Source: Balanoglossus misakiensis (lineage: Eukaryota > Animalia > Hemichordata). Taken from it: a stretch of DNA of 64,000 nt. Numbering within the stretch: position 1 is the stretch's first letter; the number at the start of each line of letters is the position of its first letter. Shown here in pieces: positions 53,201-64,000 of the stretch. Both the position numbers and the translations under genes were made by a program. The DNA lies in contig CM082597.2 in NCBI GenBank assembly GCA_040954595.2, positions 1,748,422 through 1,812,421 of the forward strand, given 5' to 3'. The notes beneath the pieces were generated by a model. The model was not told the DNA's origin, searched no databases, and worked only from the letters and a program-made list of their open reading frames with translations.

Positions 53201-56200
53201 CGAACCACACCACTGGAGCATCAGTGGCATTGCAGTAAAACCCGGTCGGGCACTCCTTGCATGTCCATTCTCCGGCCGTGTTCTGGTAGGTCCCGGATGG
53301 ACAGGGTTCCGGTGTCCCTCTTCCGGTGACACAGAAATGCCCCTCCAGACAGGTGTAATTGCCAGGTGTTGCTGTCACTTGTCCTTCTGGGCAGTAGAAG
53401 CCCTGTTGACAATCACCGGCCGGCACTGACAGCCCTTCTTGTGGGCAGTATTTACCTGGCGGTTAAAACAGGAGAACATTATATGCAATCTTATCCTGCC
53501 ATTCTTAATTTCAAAATAGTTATATACCTGATACTTACAAACAAATGCAGAATACAACTAAATTCTGAAATTCCATGCCATTTAACATGTTATCTTTTGC
53601 ATAAAACCCCATTAACCCAAAGGAAAATAAAACGTTTTCACCAAATTTGCATCACCACATAAAAACAATCAACGGCACAAAAATCAGACATACCTTCAGT
53701 GCAGATCTTACAGTTAGAAGGCTGACTGTTGCCCTCTGTGTCCAAGTAATACCCCATAGGGCAGGGCTGTGGGGTTGAGGCACCCTGGGGGCAATAGTAA
53801 CCTGTTGGGCAGATGTTACCAGTTATGTTGTCTGTGGGGCTGTCTACAGAGGCTCCAAGTGTACAATAGTAACCTGGGAAGACAGAGAAAATTAAGTTAT
53901 GAAACAAGATTTGAACATGGACCAACTGTACTAATTCAAATCAAATGTCACTTTACTGTAAAACACTTTATTTTCGCGAGTCAAAATTTTCGTGATATCG
54001 ATAGAGGCCACTGTTTCGCGAGTATTAATTTTCGCGTTCCCTTATCTCATTCACTGCATCGTTATCTTCAAAAACAATTTACGCGACTTTTTATTTTCAC
54101 GCTATTTTCGCTCTCGCGTATTTGGCGAAAATTATTTGCTCGCGAAAATAAAGTGTTTTACAGTATTTTCAGAACAGGCTCTTTTTTAGATCAATTTACT
54201 AAAATGTACATACCTTGATTACACTCTGCCGTGGGAGCTGCAAGTCGGTCAATCTGACAGTACCAGCCAGGGTCGCATGGGGTTGGGTACACTGACATCC
54301 CTGGGCAGTATTGCCCTGCCATGCAGAATCCCCCAATGGAGGCGTCAGTAGGCCTGGAGCTGGACGCACCCTCTATGCAGTACCACCCTTCACTGTTCGT
54401 TAGGAAAAAAGAGAACAACTTTATGAAAACTTACAACTGGTAGTGTAATATGAAGGAATTTTATTCGAAGTTGTGCCTCAGAAGGCCATGGCTTTGGCAA
54501 AATTAGCAGTCTTGCTAAATATTCAATTTTAATTAAATACAGCACTAAGATGCATCCTCAAGAAATAGTCTGTGTAGTGGACCTCATCTTCTGCTACTTA
54601 GCGAGGGTTTACTGTGTATCAGGACAAGTTGTTTTCAAGTGGTATTATACAGAAATCAAATCTGCACTTCCACCAAATTCACTTACCTGCAGTTAGCGGT
54701 TGGTAGTTCGTTGCCATCACCTTGGCAATACATACCGCCAGTACACAGCTGACATGAACTGTCGTTAGTCTGACTTTCCAAGTGGTTGAATGTGCCGGCC
54801 AGACAGGGGAATTCATCTGAACGCCCAGTGCCCTTGGGACAGTAGTGACCGACTGGACATGGTGTTTCCAGATATGTTGTGGCATTGGCCTCACAGTAAT
54901 AACCTGGAAGGGTCAATAATTACCATCAATTAGCAAGTATGGGTCACTCTAAATGTGAACACAAGTCCCAGGTACTCATAAAGCATGCACACTGCTTCCA
55001 TTCACTATATCATTTTTCAAGCATATTTTATACATTATCTTGTACCACTGTTTTTGCAACTTACATACTACACATTATCGTCCTACTGTTGTATCAATAG
55101 CAAGATTGTGACACTAACCTTTTGGACAGACTGTACAGATACTGGACCCTTCTTGATCTTGGTATGTTCCAGGTAAACATCCCAAGGGCAGTGTGGTGCC
55201 AAGTGGACAGTAATACCCTCTTGGGCAGACACCACCAACACCTAAGACAAAAACAGTAAGACAAAAATATGGTTAAGAAATTTGTATAAAAAATAAATGG
55301 GTGTGATTTGAATTCAATTAATGAATTTTATTTTCTCAAATTTACTTTACCCAATTCTAGATGGAATTAAAAATCTCGTTCAGAAAATACAATTCTAAGA
55401 TTTTTATTGAATCACCTGTGTGTCCACCAAGCAGTGGGCAGGTTGCATTGTAAGTTGAATTGGTGGCGTCCGTGTTAGGATTGGGTCTGTCCACGCCGGA
55501 ATCACACCAATATCCCGGAGAACACATGTCAGTCACATTGGTCTGTGCTTCCTCAGAGCAGAAGTAACCACCATCACAGTCTGTGCACTGTGTGATCTGT
55601 TGTTTGTGATTTAAAAGAAATGCCATCAGGAGAGGATTATATATTTACTTCCATGCATCACCTATTGCGAATCTCGCAGATGTGCTATGTTGACTGTGTA
55701 CAAGAATCTGGGTATTTGAAAACTAACACATACACACTCTCTCTCTTTCTCTCTCTCTTGGATAAATAAGGGTCGTATGAAATACTGAAGAAACAACAGC
55801 CCACCTTGAACAGCGTCTTCTGATTACTGTAAGTACCAGCTGGACAGGGCTGCCAATTGAGTCCAGTACCTTGAGGGCAGTAATATCCCTCAGGACAATC
55901 GTCATACCCAGCCTTCAAGTCAGGATTACCAAGCGTCTCATTCTCTGGTAGACAGTAGTACCTATGAGCAATCAGAATGCAATCAATGTGTATCAGCTTT
56001 TACATATACTTGCTTTAACTCATTTGTAACAAAAACATATTTTCTTTGCAATAAAATGTTGCCCTGCAAATATTTAAGTATGTGCTTACCCAGGTGGACA
56101 AATATCACAACTATCTTGTCTGGTTCGATTGGTGAAGAAACCACTGGCACATGCAAATGGTGCAGGGGAGCCTTCTGGACAGTGTAATCCAATTGGACAG

Positions 56201-59200
56201 TCAATAGGTGTTGGGTTGTTGGAACCTATCAATGATAGTATTAGTTGTATGAGAATATTGTACTGTATCAGACATTGAATTGCAAGAACAGGAATATTCC
56301 AAACACACATACATGATAAGGGGTGATAGGGTTAAAACAATGTACCTGTTGGGCAGTAATATCCAGGCGTGCATAGTCCCTCAGGTTCTGTGAGCCCCTC
56401 AGTCTGGCAGTACCACCCCTCATTACACAATGTGCAATCACCGGCTGCCTCAAGCCTGGTGTTGTTTGAGAATGTACCATTCGGGCAGTTGTAGGGTACT
56501 GAGGTCTGTAGTGGACAGTATTTCCCTGGTGGGCAGATGATTTGCTCCGAGCTGGTTGAAGCAGCCGGGCAGTAGAAGCCGGGGGAACAGGGACCGGTTG
56601 GTTCAATCAGGCCATCCACATCACAGTAAAAACCTCGGAATGAAAGAGAATTATTTTGACCATAAGAGTTTGTGGTTTACAATACACAGATGGGTGATAG
56701 AATACAATGACGTGAAACGATTCTATTGGATGAGACTCCTTTCTTACCAGGTGTACACAGTTCACACTCGGTCACATTGTGTAACCCTGTCTCGTTGCTG
56801 AACGTCCCAGCTGGACATGTGATTGGCTCAGTGGTACCCTCCGGACAGTAGTGACCAACTGGACAGATGTTGGCATCTCCGAGTTGGTCCGGTGCAGCCC
56901 CCTCGGCACCCCGTCGGCAGAAATATCCAGGACTGCAGAGGGTGATGGGATAAACCAGGCCTGGTTGGCCACAATAGTAACCACCTATAGTACAATGAAA
57001 TACAGCATTAAAATATCTAAGTACTTGTACATAGCAGTGTACTGCACTACATCTTGGAATCACTGGAGAAAGGTCTACATGGTTGGACCCCATATTCGTT
57101 TCACAACAGACACACAGAGAGTTAAGAGACTTGTACTTACCTAGACAAGGAGCGCATTCATCTACAGCAGTGAGTCCAGTGATGTTATTGAACGTTCCGA
57201 TGGGACATTCATATTCTGTGGCAAATCTGGTGCCATTTGTACAGTAGTACCCTGAGAGGATATGACAAGAGAAAGGTGTATTATGTTTTATATATTCTTT
57301 TAAAATGTGAGTGTATGGGATACGACAGTTGCAACCTCAAGTGGGGTTGGAAGGCACAGGACAAACATGAAAAAGTCAATATTTACCTGAAGGGCACACA
57401 AATGCTGTGTAGTTAACAACTGGATCGACAGAATTGTCACAGTAAAATCCCGCTGGACATTCCTTGCATTCCCACTGACCGATCTCATCCTGATAACTTC
57501 CAGAATTACACGGCTGTTTGTCCATCGACCCTTCCACACAGAAATGCCCCACTGGACAGATGTAATCGTTGGGCGTGGGTACGGTCTGAGCTGGTGGACA
57601 ATAAAATCCTACAGAAAAAAAAATTCAATTTACATATTGGCATTGAAATGACTCAGTATCAGGATGGTTCCCCTGTAAAGTACCCACCTGGGATTCCCAC
57701 TAGTCCGGTTAATCGATACAGTTAGGACAAGTATCTGGTGGGTAAAATGGTCAGGGGGTGACTGTCCTAGAGTCAATGGATGACATTTGACATAAATCAG
57801 TTCATATATTGTCATGCCATATCAATCAAGAGTGTACAAACTCACCAGGTGAACAGAGTCCTTCTGGCTGGGCCAATCCACTACCATTACAGTATTTCCC
57901 AGACAGGCAATCCAAGCAATAGGTGACGTTCTTGGCTCTCTCGCTGGGTTGGTATGTACCCGGTGGGCAGGGGTCCTCATAGCTGCTGCCCACCACACAG
58001 AAGTAACCAGGACTGCACTTATTACCTGGGTGTGGTCAGAAAGCGACATCACTCACAAGAAGTAGTGCATAGACAAAATTCCATTATAATCAATACAAAC
58101 AAAAACTATGAATATCTCACAGAATAACTCACCTCCCATTCCATTAGGTGTCGCTGTGACAGACCCATTGATACAATAGTATCCAGCAGAACAGTCGTCT
58201 CTGGGACTGGCCATAGCATCCACATCACAGTATTTGCCAGGATCACATATCAGTGGGGCACTGGATCCTAGAGGACAGTATTCACCTGTAGAGAAAAACA
58301 ATTAAAATACGATTGTCATTAGGGACTTACAACACCATGGTTTAGTCCACATACATACTTTCTATTAAAAGTTTTGGACTTCTAGCGAAGGAAATTGATG
58401 AAAGGATTTAAATTACTCAAATTTGGTAAGCTCTAATACTAAAACTTACCAGCCACACATTTTCCTCCGTATGGATAACTGGGTTGGTTTTCGTATGATC
58501 CGAGAGTGCAGTACCATCCTTCGTCGCAGTAATCAGTCGGTTCACTGTTACCCTGGCCTTGGCAGTACATACCAGGAGTGCAGTCCACACACCATGACTC
58601 ATTATGTGCACCTGATGAAATACAAAGCAATAATGCTGATGATACTGTATCTCTGTTGTTCGGATAGAACACTGCCTTATGACATTTGTAACGAGAGTCT
58701 TTGGTTTGGCGCATCAGCATAATAAGATCATTGCTCATAAAGGCAGTCCTGCTCTGTGGTGTATGTTAGCAAAGGTGTGGAATAATATTCAGATGGACAA
58801 ATTGAACAAAAATACAAGTTTAAATACACATACCTGTGAGGTTGTTGAATGAGCCTTGTGGACACGGGTAATGATGGTCATACTCTGTCTCCAAAGGACA
58901 ATAGTACCCAGAGGGACAGATTGTATCAGCATACGTTGTGAAGTTACTCTCACAGTAATACCCAGCCGGGCAGGACTTGCAGGAGTCTTGTCCCTCTTGG
59001 TCCTGGTAGGTACCCGGCATACATCCATTGGGCCAATCTGAACCCACAGGGCAGTAGTAACCAGGTGGACATATGCCACCTATGCCTGTGTGTTCACCTG
59101 TTTGAGGGAAAGGGAGGCATCTTGATGGGACATAGTCTCATAGAATGTGACTGTAAAAGTGTAACTACATAGTAAGTATTGAAAAAGTCCAAAAACTCCC

Positions 59201-62200
59201 AAAGCACTCCAAAATAATGGTACATACCTTCCAAATCACATACACTAGCATTAGTGGGCGTTGGGTTTGGTTTGTTGACCTTAGACACACAGTAATACCC
59301 AGGGTCACACTGCGCTGTGGGTGCTGTCAGATTGGTGCCCTCACAGTAGAAGCCACCCGGACAGTCAGTGCAGTCTGCTTCCATCTCAAGACCCAGTCGG
59401 GCTCCGTATGTACCTGCTGGGCAGGCAGTCCAGTTACGCCCTGTGCCAGCCGGGCAGTAGTAGCCCTGTGGGCAGAGGCGATGTCCAGCTGAAGAGTTGC
59501 CTATACAAGGAAAAATAATTCTGTTGTCATATACAGAGAAATCTACAACAACAGACAAACTGTCCATAATAAAGAGGTGTCCCCAATATAAACAATATTC
59601 TATTCAAATTGTAACCTTTGAAAGTGCAACAATGGAACAGAAATCTCATCTCCAGCAATAAACATGTTGCCAAAATGTCTATCTCACCTTCAATGACTTC
59701 TTCAGGAACACAGTAGAACCCAGCAGGGCACTCCAGACACTCAGACATCTGTGTCAGGTTGGTGAAGGTACCTGGTTCACACGGCTTGGGTAACGGGCTA
59801 CCTTCAGGGCAGTGGAGCCCAATACTGCATGGGTATTCCTGAGGGTTTGCCACATCCTGTCCAGGTGGACAGTAGAATCCGGGATCACAGGGTCCAGATG
59901 GTGCAGACAAACCTGGAAAGTATGGGTGGTGTATTAAATACTAGTATCTGACAGTATGGTACTCCTGCTTTCTCACTGAGAAAAACATCCAGTCTGTGTC
60001 CAAGTTGATTTTCAAACTATCTGACTTTGAACGGAACATGATACATTTTCTTACCTGTCTCATTACAGTATGTGCCTTCGTCACAAAGATCGCACTGTGA
60101 TACATTCCACATATTCATGGTGCTGACAAAAGTTCCCCTGGGACAGGGAGTCGGCCAGCCTGAACCCTCAGGACAGTAGTGACCAGTTGGACAGGATTCA
60201 TTGCGTGGATCCCAAGAACCAGCTACACAGTAATAACTGCAGGAAGAGACAAAATATATGAAAATACATCTCCTGGCTATGGCAGGTCTCTAAGTCACAC
60301 ATTTACAAAGATCACATCTGTCAAAATGTTCTGGAACCAGGAACAGATGGTTTTCTGATATCAACTCTGGAATCAACATACTGCAGTACTTTTTATATGT
60401 AAACAGTTGCTCCAGTTTCCACCTACCCTTCAGTGCAGAGTCCACTTGTTCCAGTCATATGTATGTCAGCACAATACTCTCCAGCCAGACATGGTACACA
60501 GTCGCTCTCTTTCTCAAGCCCAGTGATGTTTCCAAAAGAACCTTTTGGACAGGGTTCTGGGTTATCTGAACCTTCCGGGCAATAGTAACCTTCTGGGCAT
60601 ATATTGGCATCATAGCCTGGGATGGAAACAAATCCACATCAGGTTTACTATTTTGTCTTGAATAATGTACTTATGAAAAAAGGACAACGAATAAAGCTTT
60701 CTCAAAATGAAATCACAGAAATACTTGTGCATGACCATCATTATAAAGCAGACCATTTTTCATCATTTAATCAAAAACCTTTTTTTCATTGTATAATTTT
60801 CTTAATGTCACTGATCTATACCCATCAACCCACCTTGATTAGGTGTAGAGATATTGGCATACTGTCTGCAATAGTATCCAGCACTGCAGAAATCAGTAGG
60901 AGTAACCATGCCAGGTAGTGGACAGTAATATCCACCAACACACGGCGTACATTCTGATTCTTCTCTCAGACCTGTTTCAAGAGAACATATTGCTCAGTCA
61001 TAGGGGAAAATACATTCCTTCATGATTGTAATTATGGATACTATAGTATTAATATCTGAATAATTGTTCCCACCAGGAACTTACCAGTAAGATTGTTGAA
61101 TGTTCCAATAGGACAGGGGAACTCGACTGCATATCTTGTACCATCTGGGCAGTAGTATCCCATTGGACAGACAGTGGTGTCATTGTTGAGAATCACAATA
61201 TCCATGGTGTTGTCGCAGAAGTAACCAGATGGACAGATCTTGCATTCGCTCTGGGCTTCTTCATCTTGGTAGGTTCCATTCTCGCATCGCACTGGGTCGT
61301 CAGAGCCCAGGGGACAATAATGGCCAATGGGACACCTGTAATCTGGCGGTGCTGATTGGTTCTGCCCAGATGGACAGTAGTATCCCGGATCACATGGTCC
61401 AATTGGAAGCTCTCTTCCTACACCTGGGCAGTATTCCCCTTCCCTGCATGAAACGCAGTCGGACTCCTCATCATTTTGTATGGTGTCCAGGTATGTGCCT
61501 GTTGGACATGGGCTCTTGTCTGGACTGCCCTCAGGACAGAAATGGCCAACTGGACACACAGCACCAGTGATGTTATCATTGGGTGTTGAGTCTGAGGCTC
61601 CCAGTATACAGTAGTATCCTAGCAACAAATGAAAGAAATATTTACAGCATTCTACTGTCACAGATGTCGGAACAGTTAAGTCATACACATGATGCCCACA
61701 ATCAAATTATACACTCGGCCAAAAAAGCATCAGTGCTAATACTACAACACATGACTTGACCTACCCGCTGTACAGTTTCCAGTTGGTGAATCTAATCCAG
61801 CTATCTGACAGTACATGCCAGGGTCACAGGCTACAGGGCTGCAGGAACCCTGAGGACAGTATTCACCCGGTTGGCATTCACCACCATATAACAGACTCTG
61901 TGCCGTGCTGGAGTTCCCACTACAATACCAACCTGAAAGTGGCAAATCAGAAAAAAAAACATTAGTCTGTGTTTATTGATAATGCTGATGACAGTGACAT
62001 ATTGGCATTGGAAATATTCAACATCGTAGATCTTCTAAATTGCCAATGAAGTGAATGTTCTTATTACTCACCAGGGTCACATTGACCTGTTGGCCAGTCA
62101 AGGCCATCAAGTTCACAGTACAATCCACATGGACAAGGCAGACAGTCATCAACCTCCCTAGCCATGGTCACATTGTAGTAAGTACCAGCTGGACACGGGT

Positions 62201-64000
62201 TTTCAAACTCAGTTCCGGTACCTTCTGGGCAGTAGTAACCAGGTGGACATGGCTTGTCTTCAAAGATGACAGAACCTGTTTTGCAAACACACAACAATTA
62301 TGATTACCTATCATTAGCTTATGTCTTTACTGCATTAAATTATCATATGTGAGTATGTTTGGAAGGCCGTAGAATGATACTAGAAACAATTCCAGATGTG
62401 TTACTGAATTGATAAGACTATCATTGAAAGATTCTTACCTTCCGGGCAATAATATCCTTCTGGACACGCATAACATTCAGAGAGTCCACTAGCGTTGGCA
62501 TAGGTTCCAGCCAGACACAGCAGTGGTTGGACTGTCCCCTCAGGGCAATAGTGTCCCTCCGGACAGATGCCTCCCTTACCCGTCTGACCAAATGGCAACA
62601 CACATGTGCCATTGGCCAGGGTGATGTTACTGTCTGCATTAGGGGTGGGTCGGTCGACTCCAAACTCACAGAAGAAACCTATTGCAAGGATATCAATGAC
62701 GGGGTTTACGCTATGACAGATAACTGAATTCATATCAGGTTTATATCATGATACAATTCAAGTGTACTCAAAAATTAATTTCAAACTATAGACAACACAT
62801 TTGGTACCTACCAGGATAACACATATCTGTGACACTAACTGCATTCAGTGCATCACAGTAATAGCCACCATCACACGCCTTACACTGAGACTCTTCAGAG
62901 AGACCTGTCTCGTTGCTGTAAGTGCCACGTGGACACGACTGCCAGTCCATACCAGTGCCGGCCGGGCAGTAGTAACCTTCTGGACATGGTGTGACTAGGT
63001 CGCCATTGATGCAGTACCTGGTGGAGAGATCATGTTATATAGTGGACAGTCATTCAATTAATGCAACACACAATGAAATCGCAACAACATGTTAGAATTG
63101 GCCACAGCAACCATATACAGACCACCCATAAAGTAGGCCAGTACTCACCATCCTTCTATGCAGATATAGCACTCCGATGCATGCGTGTGATTCATGAATG
63201 TTCCATAGGCACATGGCAGCGGTTCTGATGAATTCAATGGGCAGTAGTGACCGATGGTGCATGGGTAGTCATAGGGCCTGGAGGAGTTCTGGCCGGGCGG
63301 GCAGTAGTACCCTGGTTCGCAGGGACCAGATGGTGCATCCAGACCTGAAACAACAAGGAACATGGAAATGGTGATCAGGGGTCCTTGGCAATGTTAAGTT
63401 GATTTTCCTCCTATTTCTAGTCAGACAAGGAAATAGGGTGATGGAAAACTGTAAGCATCGATTAATCCTGAGAATACTGTTATTTTACCTCTTTCTCCAC
63501 AGTACATTCCTTCTGTACACGGTGTACACTGGTCAGAGTTGTTCAACCCTAGGTATGGATTGAACGTCCCTTCTGGACAGGGTGTTGGTAGATCCGACTG
63601 TACTGGACAGTAGTCTCCAGTGGTACATACCACTTCGGTGCGAGAGTCAGAGCCTTCAGGGCAGTAGTAGCCTGGACTACAATCACCTGTAAAGGGTAAA
63701 GTGTTGACAAAGTAAGAATGATGCACTACATCCAAAGTAAATGCTTGCTCCAACTAAAAGTGCTTAAGCCCAGATGTCGCACATGAACTTTATACAGCTG
63801 TCTGTACTAATTTATATGTGGTGTCCTTTATTAAAATTACTTGCCTTCCACAGCTAGTAATCCATAGCTTTCACAGTAGAATCCAGCCAAACATGGTGTA
63901 CAGCTGCTGGAGTTGTGAAGTCCTTCTGTGGCACCAAATGTTCCAGGTGGGCAGCTTAAGGGTTCAGCTGTGCCTTCTGGACAATAGGAACCTGTGTGTA
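25163..64000 (-). CDS. Giant multi-exon type I membrane protein (5' end outside the window): Cys-rich GCC2/GCC3 (ephrin-receptor-like) repeat ectodomain, one TM helix, large cytoplasmic coiled-coil region
   Basis: Dozens of short minus-strand exons with canonical splice sites, phase-consistent where checked. Examples: 51813-51117, TM exon 42935-42747, 26889-26501, 26177-25965, 25784-25624, terminal exon 25463-25163 ending ...EIQMVK*. Repeats CPxGxYCPxG...CPxGT(Y/F) run from 64000 down to about 44300. Not every exon boundary was verified. From memory it resembles uncharacterised 'GCC2 and GCC3 domain' proteins of protists and mouse Gm9195/Gm32742-like proteins (unverified). Confidence 0.9.
26291..26439. 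mobile_element. Degenerate MITE-like element (Tc1/mariner-pogo style) in an intron
   Basis: Imperfect inverted ends TCAGACCTGTCCACAGTGGCCA ... TGGCCACTAACACAGGTTTGA with internal repeated AGGTGGC/GTGGC motifs. No clear TSD. Confidence 0.55.
29126..29245. repeat. Compound microsatellite (TACA)n followed by (AC)n
   Basis: About 27 perfect TACA units then a short AC run; intronic. Confidence 0.97.
30501..30522. repeat. (TG)11 microsatellite
   Basis: Seen directly; intronic. Confidence 0.95.
31768..31891. mobile_element. Truncated or degenerate MITE related to the 53954-54165 element
   Basis: Left end TACTGTAAACCAGGAATTTTTCGCGAC resembles the TIR TACTGTAAAACACTTTATTTTCGCGAG; TCGCGAAAATTT near 31880; complete right TIR absent. 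Confidence 0.5.
42577..42815 (-). other. Single transmembrane helix split by a phase-0 intron
   Basis: Spliced PDWLLIASMLAGALLIMILLIIAL|LLFRKYGW: about 25 hydrophobic residues followed by RK (positive-inside rule). Exon ends at 42747, next starts at 42585. Confidence 0.88.
44340..64000 (-). other. Ectodomain-coding region: tandem Cys-rich CPxGxYC / CPxGTY repeats with many N-glycosylation sequons
   Basis: Exon translations such as CPQGFFCPNGTGLDWQSCPAGTYG, CPVGHFCPEGSPDKSPCPTGTYLD, CPMGYYCPNGTEYAEQYPCPVGTFNNLTG; frequent NxT/S (NLT, NGT, NET, NIT). Confidence 0.9.
53954..54165. mobile_element. Intact 212-bp MITE with perfect terminal inverted repeats and a probable TA target-site duplication
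   Basis: TACTGTAAAACACTTTATTTTCGCGAG (53954-53980) is the exact reverse complement of CTCGCGAAAATAAAGTGTTTTACAGTA (54139-54165): 27 bp including the terminal TA. Interior rich in TTTTCGCG-like motifs; lies inside an intron. Confidence 0.92.

Noticed and set aside
38267-62998. Many plus-strand ORFs (for example 38267-38686, 49961-50536, 52968-53429)
   Set aside because: Antisense shadows of minus-strand exons or intron read-through, with no coherent protein signal.
15733-64000. Operon-like or functional coupling of the co-oriented sGC and giant receptor genes
   Set aside because: They are 2.7 kb apart with independent start and stop; adjacency alone is no evidence without synteny or co-expression data.

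Overview
Eukaryotic (intron-rich, probably marine invertebrate metazoan) genomic window. Bases 1-11524 are a nearly invariant 88-bp CpG-rich, multiply palindromic satellite array (about 131 monomers, open at the window start) containing a 62-monomer (about 5.46 kb) internal duplication. All the 77-aa plus-strand ORFs there are artefacts of this repeat. Three minus-strand genes follow. (1) An intronless ORF (11910-12491) resembling a stand-alone LINE ORF1p (coiled coil + RRM-like), ending 385 bp from the satellite with no ORF2. (2) A complete 12-exon soluble guanylate cyclase beta-type gene (15733-22403, 785 aa by my manual splice) with H-NOX, PAS/H-NOBA, coiled-coil and cyclase domains, a full catalytic residue set and a C-terminal CaaX box (GUCY1B2-like). 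(3) The 3' 39 kb of a giant multi-exon single-pass membrane protein gene (25163 to beyond 64000): a Cys-rich GCC2/GCC3 (ephrin-receptor-like) ectodomain built from about 700-aa super-repeats, one TM helix, and a very large cytoplasmic part with DPxTG repeats, a long coiled coil and a C-terminal HCLAH (zincin-like, Glu missing) domain. Introns carry MITEs, microsatellites, a candidate 12-nt microexon and a GC-AG intron. No database searches were run; family assignments come from motif recognition.
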